DNA of 64,000 nucleotides from a bacterium. Lineage in GTDB: Bacteria; Arandabacterota; Arandabacteria; Arandabacterales; Arandabacteraceae. A program made the position numbers and the translations under genes. Numbering within the stretch: position 1 is the first letter of the stretch; each line of letters begins with the position of its first letter. The stretch lies in the NCBI GenBank assembly GCA_029933125.1, contig JAOZOU010000004.1, positions 200,879 to 264,878 of the forward strand, read 5' to 3'. The notes beneath the pieces were generated by a model. The model had not been told where the DNA came from. It worked only from the letters and a program-made list of their open reading frames with translations, and made no database searches. This document shows, one piece after another, positions 1-8,905 of this stretch.

Positions 1-10
1 ACCAGCATCG

Positions 11-532
11 GTGGTAAGGCAATGGGCAATAATAATTACAGCTTTTGCCTATGTCCTGGGTGTAGCCAACATTGCTAGGATCAGTCTCCACGCGGTAAGC
101 AAACGCCAGAAGGACTGGCAATATAAAGCCGCCCTTGTGGCTTCCCTAATCATCATGGCTTCAATAGGCATAGGCTTCGGGATAGAAAGTGGAGGTACAT
201 TTGATTGGGCATACCTCAATATGTATGTCCCTATGCAGGCAACCATGTTTTCCCTGCTAGCTTTCTACATTGCATCAGCCGCTTATAGAGCTTTTCGGGC
301 AAGATCACCTGAGGCAACGTTTCTACTTGTAACGGCTGCGATAGTGATGCTTGGGAGGGTTCCTGTTGGGGAGAAAATCTGGAGTGGCTTGCCAAGCTTT
401 ACCGAATGGATAATGGAAGTTCCCAACATGGCTGCCAAGCGAGGCATTATGATTGGTGCAGCGCTCGGCGCTATCTCAACCGGGCTCAAGATGATCCTGG
501 GCCTTGAGCGTTCCTATCTTGGAGGGGACTAG
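11..532 (+). CDS. hypothetical polytopic membrane protein (could start upstream of the window)
   Basis: 173-aa ORF with several hydrophobic helices and no recognisable family motif. First gene of a tightly packed 4-gene block. Confidence 0.4.
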   Translation: MVRQWAIIITAFAYVLGVANIARISLHAVSKRQKDWQYKAALVASLIIMASIGIGFGIESGGTFDWAYLNMYVPMQATMFSLLAFYIASAAYRAFRARSPEATFLLVTAAIVMLGRVPVGEKIWSGLPSFTEWIMEVPNMAAKRGIMIGAALGAISTGLKMILGLERSYLGGD

Positions 533-1376
533 ATTGGCTACCAGGCAGGGCAAGGATATCATTTTCAAGCTTTCTCGCATTGACCGTCGCTGCATCTATA
601 TAGTCATCCTCATCTGCGTGATAGTTCCCTTGGTGACAGGTGTACGGATGGAAATGTCAGTGACATCTCCGGTGCGAACACTCTATGAGGCTATTGAGAA
701 ATTGCAGCCAGGATCTTACGTCTGGCTGGCGGCTGATTACGATCCTGGTTCAATGCCAGAGCTCTTTCCCATGAATGTTGCCATAGTTGAGCATCTCTTT
801 TCAAGAGACATAAAGATTATCTGTGGGGCTCTCTGGGCTCCTGGTCCGCCCCTGGCTCAACGTGTCTTTGATGAGCTGGCTCCCAAGTATGGGAAGGTCT
901 ATGGGGTTGACTATGTCAACCTTGGTTTCAAGGAGGGACGTGAAGCTGTAATGGTCTCACTTGCTGAGGATATGAAGGCAACGTTTCCTCAGGATTTCCT
1001 TAGCACTCCATGGGATAGCATTCCGATGCTTCGGCACATGAGCAATCTAAACGATGTAAAGATGATAATATGCATCTCTGCTGGGTATCCCGGAATAAAA
1101 GAGTGGTTGCAGCAGATATCAACTAGATACAAGATCCCCATTGGGGGAGGGGTTACCGCTGTGAGTGGTCCTGAGATGTACCCTTATATTCAGTCTGGGC
1201 AGCTCGTTGGTCTTCTGGCTGGCATGAAGGGCGCAGCTGAATATGAGCAATTGGTTGGCCATCCTGGTCTTGGTTTGGCTGGTATGGTTGCTCAATCGTA
1301 TGTCCACGTTATGGTCGTCGGTTTTATCATATTTGCGAATATCGTTTTCTTCCTTGAGAAGAGGAGCAAGCGATGA
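504..1376 (+). CDS. hypothetical membrane-anchored protein, N- and C-terminal hydrophobic helices flanking a soluble domain; start uncertain
   Basis: 290-aa ORF with an N-terminal TM segment (IYIVILICVIVPLV) and a C-terminal TM segment (VMVVGFIIFANIVFF). The stop overlaps the next start (ATGA at 1373-1376). Confidence 0.4.
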   Translation: MSVPILEGTRLATRQGKDIIFKLSRIDRRCIYIVILICVIVPLVTGVRMEMSVTSPVRTLYEAIEKLQPGSYVWLAADYDPGSMPELFPMNVAIVEHLFSRDIKIICGALWAPGPPLAQRVFDELAPKYGKVYGVDYVNLGFKEGREAVMVSLAEDMKATFPQDFLSTPWDSIPMLRHMSNLNDVKMIICISAGYPGIKEWLQQISTRYKIPIGGGVTAVSGPEMYPYIQSGQLVGLLAGMKGAAEYEQLVGHPGLGLAGMVAQSYVHVMVVGFIIFANIVFFLEKRSKR

Positions 1377-2143
1377 GGGGATTGAAGTTTTTTGCCATCA
1401 TCGTTGTCGTCGCCCTGGCTGCGATTGCTTTGCGAGGTGGACTGATTTCAAAGGCTGGGCTCGGCACCTGGGTGGCAGCTTTGCTAACGCTTGCCATCTT
1501 TAGCTTCCTATATAAAGACAATCCTATCTATAAACTGGCTGAGCATGTGTTCATAGGAGTGGCGGCTGGCTATTTTGTTGCTCTCGAGTACTGGAATGTT
1601 TTCCTTCCCAATCTCTGGGATCCCCTGAGTGAAGGCCTGCGCCAAAGTGCCCTGAGCCCATTTCCTCACTTTCCCAATATGATTCTACTCATCCCGTTTG
1701 CCCTGGGTATTCTGCTTTTTACGAGGTTTTTCCCAAAGGTGGCATGGTTGAGCCGATGGTCAATGGCTGCCATGATAGGTTCGTATTCGGGCTTGGCAAT
1801 TATTGGGGCTCTTCAAGGCGACCTTGTAGCTCAGATAAGAGCAAACATGCTTCCACTTTACTCCGAGCAAGCAGCCAGGGCTCTCGAAGGCGGACCATTC
1901 CTCTTCGGAATTCTTGAGCTTGTTCGCAATCCTCTCATCATTGTTGGTCTTCTCGCTACGCTTGTTTACTTCTTTTTCTCAAGAGAACACAGGGGTGGGC
2001 TGGGCATTGCTGCGCGGATTGGCATATGGTTCCTTATGATATCGTTTGGCGCGTCATTTGGGTATACGGTCATGAGCAGGGTATCGCTTCTGATCGGCCG
2101 TCTTCACTTCCTTTTGAGTGACTGGCTGGGGATAATAAGATGA
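1373..2143 (+). CDS. hypothetical polytopic membrane protein
   Basis: 256 aa with at least 6 hydrophobic helices. Overlap-coupled on both sides, at 1373-1376 and 2140-2143. Confidence 0.45.
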   Translation: MRGLKFFAIIVVVALAAIALRGGLISKAGLGTWVAALLTLAIFSFLYKDNPIYKLAEHVFIGVAAGYFVALEYWNVFLPNLWDPLSEGLRQSALSPFPHFPNMILLIPFALGILLFTRFFPKVAWLSRWSMAAMIGSYSGLAIIGALQGDLVAQIRANMLPLYSEQAARALEGGPFLFGILELVRNPLIIVGLLATLVYFFFSREHRGGLGIAARIGIWFLMISFGASFGYTVMSRVSLLIGRLHFLLSDWLGIIR

Positions 2144-2883
2144 AGAGGGGTGTCAAGCTCAAGTTGCTTCCTTACGCTATCTATGATGGTCTCAAAAACA
2201 TGAGGATTGATACCTACCTCCTTGAAATATGTGAAAGCGATCCCCGGTGTGGCTTCCTCAGATTCTACGGATGGGCTCATCCCACACTCTCCCTCGGACG
2301 CTTTGAAAAGACTGAGGTGATCGATGTGGAAAGGGCAGCTGAGGATGGTGTCGATATAGTGAGGCGCCCAACCGGTGGGAGAGTTGTCTTACACGGTGAT
2401 GACCTGACCTATGCAGTTGTTGTCCCCCTCAGGATCGGGACGAGTTTGCAGGAGATCTATGCAGGTATTTCAGAATGCCTCATGAGGGGATTGAGCTTGC
2501 TGGGTCTCGACCTGACTTTCGAAAAAGGCAGGTTGGCAAGAACCGATCTTCGAATCAAACCATGTTTCGCATCTGCAGCCAGATATGAGATTACCTGGCA
2601 GGGCAAGAAACTTGTAGGAAGCGCTCAGCGTGTTGGGAAGCAAGCTGTACTGCAGCATGGGAGCATTCCCATTGGAAGGGGATATCTCAAGGTTATTGAC
2701 TATATGAGATGCGATGACAGAGCTCGCTTGAGGCTGAGGAAGCAAATGGAGAAAAGCACCTGTTGTCTCAAGGGAATAGCACCAAACGAGTTTACTGCTG
2801 CTCAGGTTTCGAGCTTTATCCTGGAAACCTTCAGGGAGGTTTTTGATATTTTGCAGCCTATTTCGTTAGAGGGCAAAGTTTGA
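2140..2883 (+). CDS. lipoate-protein ligase / octanoyltransferase family protein (BPL/LPL catalytic domain, LipM/LplA-N-like)
   Basis: Contains the RRPTGGRVVLHGDDLTY motif (the RRxTGGxAVxH signature of the LipB/LplA family) plus a conserved Lys region (KKLVGSAQR). Length is 247 aa. Confidence 0.65.
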   Translation: MKRGVKLKLLPYAIYDGLKNMRIDTYLLEICESDPRCGFLRFYGWAHPTLSLGRFEKTEVIDVERAAEDGVDIVRRPTGGRVVLHGDDLTYAVVVPLRIGTSLQEIYAGISECLMRGLSLLGLDLTFEKGRLARTDLRIKPCFASAARYEITWQGKKLVGSAQRVGKQAVLQHGSIPIGRGYLKVIDYMRCDDRARLRLRKQMEKSTCCLKGIAPNEFTAAQVSSFILETFREVFDILQPISLEGKV

Positions 2884-2942
2884 GACAGAAGTGAGTAGAA
2901 TTTCCGAAGTCGGGAACAGAATTCACGAAAGGACAAAAGCAC

Positions 2943-2970
2943 TTGACACTGTGTTTCTCGCTTTTATATA
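2943..2970 (+). promoter_or_regulatory. sigma-70-like promoter TTGACA-N16-TATATA upstream of TBDT module 1
   Basis: TTGACA at 2943-2948 and TATATA at 2965-2970, about 65 nt upstream of ATG 3036. Confidence 0.4.
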
Positions 2971-3035
2971 GTATCTGCGAAAAGATAACCAAAATCGAGA
3001 CCCGATGAAGTCAGCGCAGCCCTGGAGGGGTCATT

Positions 3036-5738
3036 ATGTCTGCCTTGATTAGGATCAGCTTTGTACTTGCCCTTGTTTTGCTTTTTGCAGTCACCTCTGT
3101 GTTTGGCCAGGAGGTCGGAAGGATTGAAGGAACTGTGGTGGCTGCTAAGGATGGGAAACCCTTAGCCTATGCTAATGTGCTTCTTGTTGGTACGGGCATG
3201 GGGACATTTGCTAAGCAAAACGGAACTTTTACGCTTGAGAATGTTCCTGCAGGAACGTATACCGTCAAGGTCATGATGATGGGTTACGCTGCTCAGACAA
3301 GGGAGAACGTTGTTGTCAAGCCAGGGGAGACCACGCGGCTTAGATTTGAGCTCAAAGAGACTGTTGTGATGGAAGTGCCTGTTGTTGAAGTGGAAGCTGA
3401 AAGACCGATGGTTGATACCGAGCGAACCCAAACGAAGCGAACCATCGATACCAAGGAAGTCGCTGTGCGCTCGATCAATACAGTTGAGGATGCTATTGCA
3501 ACCCAGGCTGGAGTCGTTCTTGAACAGGGCGAGATCCATATTCGAGGTGGAAGATCTGGTGAAGTCAAGCAGTTTGTCGACGGTATTCAGATCAGTGATC
3601 CTTTCGTCGGCGCCAACTCGATGGAGCTCAGCCTTGCATCGCTTTCAGAGATAGAAGTTCTTTCGGGTGGCTTTGATGCTGAATATGGCAATGTCCAGTC
3701 CGGTGTTATCAATCTCAAGACGAGAGAGGGTGGAACGAGATATTCGGGTCTTGTTAAGTATATGACTGATGACTATGGAGCACCTGATAAGACCTATTTC
3801 AACTACGATGATTTAGCAATCGGCTTTGGGGGACCTCTGATTACAACCAATCTGAGATTTTTTGCCTCTGGCGAGGTTATGTTTACTGACACCTACCTTA
3901 AGACTCTTGAACCCAGGCAGCAAAAGGAGCTTTGGGGATTCATCAAGTTCCGTGAACGTCAGAGCAATAGCTACTCAGGTCAATGCAAGGTTACCTACTT
4001 CTTCACACCGACGAAAAAGCTCTCCTTGGAGTATCTCACCTCGGGTGAGAAGTTTGATTTTTATCATCATGCATTCAGTCGTGTTGGTTATTGGTCAGAA
4101 GCCCACAGACACTGGTGGTTTGAACCGCTTGATTCAACCTATAGCCTTTACATAGCACCTGCCCACACACCTGATATTACAAATGAACATAACAGTGTTA
4201 AGCTTGTCTGGAGACACACAATAAGCCCATCCGCATTTTACACGATGCGCCTCGGAAGATACGTCGCACTTCATAAAGAGGTTGTCCTTGGCAAGAAACC
4301 CTATGAATATGTGACCCCGAACTTCAACGATCGAGTTGATCCCGAAAACCGCTACTATGTTGTGCAGGGCGATTATCCAATCTGGCAGCGCTATCATACG
4401 ACGATGTACACAGGCAAAGGCGATATGACCATTACCAAGGGTACGACTCATCAGATAAAGTTTGGTGCAGAGTCACACGCCTATCGCCTCGAGATGATGG
4501 ATTTGCGTTATCCCTCCCTCGATAACCCCCTTGGTGTATTCACTGATATATACAAGTTCCATTGCTGGGACCTGTCAGCCTTCATTCAGGATCGCATAAG
4601 GTTTGAGGGTATGAACTTGAGGGTGGGCCTAAGATTTGACCTTTTCGACCCTGGTAAGGATGCTGTCGAAGCCTATAATAGATTCGTGGTATCGACAGGT
4701 TTTAAGCCCAAGCCAGCCTCCTTCTTCAAGCGAATTGAGTGGCAGATAAGTCCGCGCTTTGGGGTTTCCTATCCTATTTCAGAAAGAGACGCCCTTTACT
4801 TCAATTATGGGAGATTCTACCAGATTCCAAGGCTCGAGGTTCTTTACCAGTTCCTGGGTCGAACCGAGCAGGGACTGCTTCCTTTCGGTAATCCCCTCAT
4901 GGATGCTGAGACAACAATAATGTATGAAGTTGGCATTCAACATCAATTCACTCCAACGATTGTTGGTGATATTGCCCTGTTCTATAAGGACATCTTTGGA
5001 CTTACGGGCACTGAGGCAGCCGATCTAACTGAGGATTCTGACTTTATTCAGACCTATGGTCCGACCGCCACACCTGTTGTCTTTGTCAACCTTGACTATG
5101 GATCGGTGAGAGGCATTGAATTCAAACTCAGCAAACGTTTCAGCCATCATTTCCAGGGCAGTCTAACTTATACTTTTTCCAAGGCTACTGGCTCGAGCTC
5201 TAACGAGCTCCAGGGTGCCAATGTTGTGAGTGGGGCAATGGATCGAGCTCCGATAACTGAGCTGCCCCTTGATTGGGATAGAAATCATGTCATATCTGCA
5301 AATCTATATATAAGTGAGCCCGGGCTTTGGGGTTGCAACATTGACTGGAGCTATTCGTCAGGAGCACCCTATACGCCAATGTTGCCGAGGGAGCGTGAGG
5401 TCAGGGCTTCATTGATAAATTCAAGGCGGCTTCCTTCACGGAGCACGGTCAATGTGAAGGCCGACAAGCGTTACAAGATTGCTGGCCAGGAAGTTTCCCT
5501 CTTCCTCGAAGGCAGAAACATACTGAACCGCAAGAACATCGCTACGCTTGATCCAGGAGATTGGCCGGGTGGGGATGGCAACTACGCCGCGTATTATACA
5601 AGGGAGGGTAGGTTTGGTGGAGCTTATGACTTGGGTGAGCTGCTCGGGCTTACGGAGGTGATTTACATTCCTTTGAACGATCCACGAGTCTACTCGCCGC
5701 CTCGCAACTTCAGGGTTGGCATATCATTCGACTGGTAA
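3036..5738 (+). CDS. TonB-dependent outer-membrane transporter with N-terminal carboxypeptidase-regulatory-like domain (module copy 1)
   Basis: Has a signal peptide, a CarbopepD_reg-like beta-sandwich (GTVVAAKDGKPLAYANVLLVGTG...GTYTVKVMMMGY), a plug domain (IHIRGGRSGEV...SGVINLKTREG) and a C-terminus ending in an aromatic residue (GISFDW). An SD (GGAGGGG) precedes the ATG. Paralogous to 22808-25411. Confidence 0.8.
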   Translation: MSALIRISFVLALVLLFAVTSVFGQEVGRIEGTVVAAKDGKPLAYANVLLVGTGMGTFAKQNGTFTLENVPAGTYTVKVMMMGYAAQTRENVVVKPGETTRLRFELKETVVMEVPVVEVEAERPMVDTERTQTKRTIDTKEVAVRSINTVEDAIATQAGVVLEQGEIHIRGGRSGEVKQFVDGIQISDPFVGANSMELSLASLSEIEVLSGGFDAEYGNVQSGVINLKTREGGTRYSGLVKYMTDDYGAPDKTYFNYDDLAIGFGGPLITTNLRFFASGEVMFTDTYLKTLEPRQQKELWGFIKFRERQSNSYSGQCKVTYFFTPTKKLSLEYLTSGEKFDFYHHAFSRVGYWSEAHRHWWFEPLDSTYSLYIAPAHTPDITNEHNSVKLVWRHTISPSAFYTMRLGRYVALHKEVVLGKKPYEYVTPNFNDRVDPENRYYVVQGDYPIWQRYHTTMYTGKGDMTITKGTTHQIKFGAESHAYRLEMMDLRYPSLDNPLGVFTDIYKFHCWDLSAFIQDRIRFEGMNLRVGLRFDLFDPGKDAVEAYNRFVVSTGFKPKPASFFKRIEWQISPRFGVSYPISERDALYFNYGRFYQIPRLEVLYQFLGRTEQGLLPFGNPLMDAETTIMYEVGIQHQFTPTIVGDIALFYKDIFGLTGTEAADLTEDSDFIQTYGPTATPVVFVNLDYGSVRGIEFKLSKRFSHHFQGSLTYTFSKATGSSSNELQGANVVSGAMDRAPITELPLDWDRNHVISANLYISEPGLWGCNIDWSYSSGAPYTPMLPREREVRASLINSRRLPSRSTVNVKADKRYKIAGQEVSLFLEGRNILNRKNIATLDPGDWPGGDGNYAAYYTREGRFGGAYDLGELLGLTEVIYIPLNDPRVYSPPRNFRVGISFDW

Positions 5739-5761
5739 AGACCGTTAGGGAGGGTCGAAGA

Positions 5762-7900
5762 ATGGCAAGGGGAAGGTTGTGTTGCTCCGCAGCACTTATT
5801 GGCATTGTGGTCGTCCTGATTTTTGGGACTCTTTTGGAAGGTGAGACCTCAGCACATAACGAAGATTTCGGATTTCCACAGGTCTATCCTGATCCCTCTG
5901 ACCGTGTAGTGAAGTTCTTAGGCAAGTATCATAATCTCAACAATCTTTTGCTACATGTCTCCAACATGGGTTTCTTTGGTGATTGGAACTCCGATCCGAC
6001 TTCGCCATCGGCTGAATGGCCGGCCGGAAGCGGTATAGAGTATCTCTTTGCTGCAGGGCTTTGGGTTGGTGGAGTCGTCTATGACGAGTTCAACCGACCC
6101 GATACACTGGTAAGTGCTGCGGTTTATCAGCTCGAGTACTATCCCAAACCCGATGCCCGTGACGTGATCTACAAGACTGCTGAGAATGAACCGGGGGGCA
6201 GTAGAATTGGGGATGGTGCCGACGATGACGACGACAATCTGGTTGATGAAGATTGGCTTGACGGCTATGACAATGACGGAGATGGATTCATTGATGAGGA
6301 TTTTGCGGCAATCTCACAGCAGATGTACACGTGTACATTTTATGACACGACCACACTGATGAATGCCAACAGAACCGAGGATTTCCACAAGCCGCTCAAT
6401 TTACGTGTTAGACAGGAAAGTTATGCCTGGGGAGGTGAGGCTGCTAAGGATTTCATAGGCGTCGAATACAAGGTCACAAACATTGGGGACTCGACGATTT
6501 ATCAGGCATATGTGGCTTTCATGGTGGATGCCGACATAGGACCCGTTCGCCAGGTTCCGACCTCTTACACAGATGACATGGCCGCCTTCATTGATACGAC
6601 CGTCAAAAAATTTGAACTTAATCTCGATACTGGCAAGATAGAACCGAATGACTATGATCTAACTATTGGTTACATGTACGACTATCCAGGGGGAGACGAT
6701 GGTGATGTTCCAGGCTATATAGGCGTCATGTTTCTTGGTCACACGGTTGATGAAACAGGTAGGCTTGCGCCTCAGCGCGTTGAGATTCACATGTTCAGAA
6801 GCTGGTCAAGTGGTGAAGAGGATCCTCAGGATGACAAGGAACGCTACCGTTACATGCGGGGTAATTCCGATTTTGAGCAAACGATCGATCCGCCGACCAC
6901 AAAGCCTCAAGATTACCGATTCCTTGTTTCAGCTGGTCCCTTTGCGAGGATTCCGCCAGGAAGCACTCTTGTCTTCCAAGTCGCCTTCGTGTGCGGCCAT
7001 CCTTTTGATGACTTTATCGACAATGCTGCGTATGCTCAGAAGATCTACAATGGACGGGTGATTGACGACATACTATACCACTGGGTCGGGTCCAGTCCGC
7101 CTCCGCCGCCGAATCAGATGGTTATACCTAGTGATGGGAAGGTGATCATTGAATGGGATGACTACTCCGAGAGGGTACCCGATCCTCTTGAAGGGTGCTT
7201 TGACTTTGCTGGCTACCGAATCTGGCGAGCAGATGGGTGGAGGCATGAAAGTGAGGTGCCTACGGAGAATCAGTGGAAGCTTATAGCCCACTATGACCTG
7301 GACGATCTGCCGGCAATCGATACAGGCCTCGAGGGAGTTGGCAAGTATCGCTATATAGATTCCGTGGGTGTCCATAACGGGCTCCCCTATTGGTATGCTG
7401 TCACCGCCTTTGATGATGGTCGGGCATTCAGGTTCGTCGTTGATCCGGAGACAGATAGGATGGATTCGATACCGTTCTATGGGAGCTATGCCCAGGCACA
7501 GAAACTCGTATACCCAAGAGCTGAACCTGCTAGAAGAATGGGAAAAGTCCGAATTGTACCCAATCCCTATCCATGGAATCCGAGCAATCCCACGATCCCA
7601 GACGACCTCAGGGAGTCACATCGGGCAATTGGCGACATGGTTGAGTACGAAGGTGATCCCTCAGGGCGAAGGGTGACTTTCGTTGGCCTGCCTCGCAAGT
7701 CGATGGTGAGAGTGTATACCTTGGCTGGCGACCTTGTCTGGAGCAAGTATTTTGAGGGGCCGAATGATCCGATTACAGGTGCACCACCTCAGTGGAATCT
7801 GGTATCAAGAAACAACCAGGAGATTGTTAGCGGAATCTACATTGTCCATGTAGAATCACCTTACGGGTCTGAAATAACAAAGTTCGTTGTCGTCAGATAG
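5762..7900 (+). CDS. secreted acidic protein with Fn3-like domain and T9SS C-terminal sorting domain (module copy 1 cargo)
   Basis: Has a signal peptide and Asp-rich EF-hand/dockerin-like loops (DGADDDDDNLVDEDWLDGYDNDGDGFIDEDF). A poly-Pro linker (SSPPPPPNQ) is followed by an Fn3-like segment (YRIWRADGW...YWYAVTAFDDG). The C-terminal about 90 aa match the Por_Secre_tail pattern (RIVPNPYPW...VRVYTLAGDLV...GIYIVHVES...KFVVVR). A strong SD precedes the ATG. Confidence 0.7.
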   Translation: MARGRLCCSAALIGIVVVLIFGTLLEGETSAHNEDFGFPQVYPDPSDRVVKFLGKYHNLNNLLLHVSNMGFFGDWNSDPTSPSAEWPAGSGIEYLFAAGLWVGGVVYDEFNRPDTLVSAAVYQLEYYPKPDARDVIYKTAENEPGGSRIGDGADDDDDNLVDEDWLDGYDNDGDGFIDEDFAAISQQMYTCTFYDTTTLMNANRTEDFHKPLNLRVRQESYAWGGEAAKDFIGVEYKVTNIGDSTIYQAYVAFMVDADIGPVRQVPTSYTDDMAAFIDTTVKKFELNLDTGKIEPNDYDLTIGYMYDYPGGDDGDVPGYIGVMFLGHTVDETGRLAPQRVEIHMFRSWSSGEEDPQDDKERYRYMRGNSDFEQTIDPPTTKPQDYRFLVSAGPFARIPPGSTLVFQVAFVCGHPFDDFIDNAAYAQKIYNGRVIDDILYHWVGSSPPPPPNQMVIPSDGKVIIEWDDYSERVPDPLEGCFDFAGYRIWRADGWRHESEVPTENQWKLIAHYDLDDLPAIDTGLEGVGKYRYIDSVGVHNGLPYWYAVTAFDDGRAFRFVVDPETDRMDSIPFYGSYAQAQKLVYPRAEPARRMGKVRIVPNPYPWNPSNPTIPDDLRESHRAIGDMVEYEGDPSGRRVTFVGLPRKSMVRVYTLAGDLVWSKYFEGPNDPITGAPPQWNLVSRNNQEIVSGIYIVHVESPYGSEITKFVVVR

Positions 7901-7926
7901 GATAATTGAGGAAGGAGGATTTCGAG

Positions 7927-8904
7927 TTGAAAACTAAGATTGGATTAGCGCTTGCATTGATCCTGCTTGTTTCAAGCCTTGTCTGGTCGGCTGAGATCTT
8001 TGAGAAGGTTGGTACGGTTGGTGCCCAATTTCTCAAGATTGGGGTTGGTGCTCGTGGCGTTGGAATGGGTGAGGCATTTGTTGCCATGGATGGCGATGCC
8101 ACGTGCACGTACTGGAATCCAGCTGGCATAGCAAATATTGAAGGAAGTCAGTTTTCTCTGAGCCATGCTTCATGGCCTGCGGAGATGAGTCATGAGTTCG
8201 CTGCCTATGTTTTCTCCTACAAGTTTATACCAGGAGTGCTCGGGCTGAGTGCGGTGGTTCTCCAGATGGATCCAATGCCTGAGACGACAGAATATCGTCA
8301 GCAAGGCACTGGTTATTCCTTCGATGCCGGTAGTATGGCCTTTGGTCTGACGTATGCAAGGATGCTAACTGACCGTTTCTCTTTTGGTGCAACTTTGAAG
8401 TGGATACACGAAGGGTTGGCGGACTTCAGTGGCGAGACTTTTGCAGTTGATCTTGGGAGCATCTACAACACAGGCTTCAGGGACATAAAAATCGGCATGG
8501 CATTCGTAAACATGGGATCAGGCTATACTTTCTTCGAGGGAGGCAAGGAAAGTCCGATGCCTGTGATGTTTAAGGTAGGTGGATCAATGCCTCTGTTGAA
8601 CACCAGTGACCATAGGTTGATTGGGGCCGTGGAATTCAATCATCCACCGGATGGTGCCGAGCGGGTGAATGCTGGTGCTGAATACGTATTCCAGCGTTTT
8701 GGGCCTAACTTTGAAATAGCCTTGAGAGGTGGCTATCGCTTCAACCGTGATGAAGAGGGTATTACAGCAGGTTTTGGCATAAAGTTCCCATTTGTCAGAA
8801 TTGGCCTTGTCAACAAGCCCTCGATATGGAGAGTTGACTATTGCTATTCTGACATGGGCTTGCTCGAGAGCTCCCATAAGATCTCTCTGAGCGCTTCGTA
8901 TTAA
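7927..8904 (+). CDS. PorV/PorQ-family (FadL-like) outer-membrane beta-barrel protein, dedicated paralog (module copy 1)
   Basis: Signal peptide followed by the family-typical motif GTVGAQFLKIGVGARGVGMGEAFVAMDGDATCTYWNPAGIA. Length is about 330 aa and the protein ends in an aromatic-rich beta-barrel terminus (LSASY). Start re-called at TTG 7927, which has the SD GAGGAAGGAGGA 7 nt upstream. The ORF-track start at 7906 lies inside that SD. Confidence 0.6.
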   Translation: MKTKIGLALALILLVSSLVWSAEIFEKVGTVGAQFLKIGVGARGVGMGEAFVAMDGDATCTYWNPAGIANIEGSQFSLSHASWPAEMSHEFAAYVFSYKFIPGVLGLSAVVLQMDPMPETTEYRQQGTGYSFDAGSMAFGLTYARMLTDRFSFGATLKWIHEGLADFSGETFAVDLGSIYNTGFRDIKIGMAFVNMGSGYTFFEGGKESPMPVMFKVGGSMPLLNTSDHRLIGAVEFNHPPDGAERVNAGAEYVFQRFGPNFEIALRGGYRFNRDEEGITAGFGIKFPFVRIGLVNKPSIWRVDYCYSDMGLLESSHKISLSASY

Positions 8905-8905
8905 A

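Noticed and set aside
5762-7900. Cargo proteins as secreted zinc metalloproteases or glycoside hydrolases
   Set aside because: Neither paralog has an HExxH motif or other recognisable catalytic signature. An enzymatic role therefore cannot be supported from sequence.
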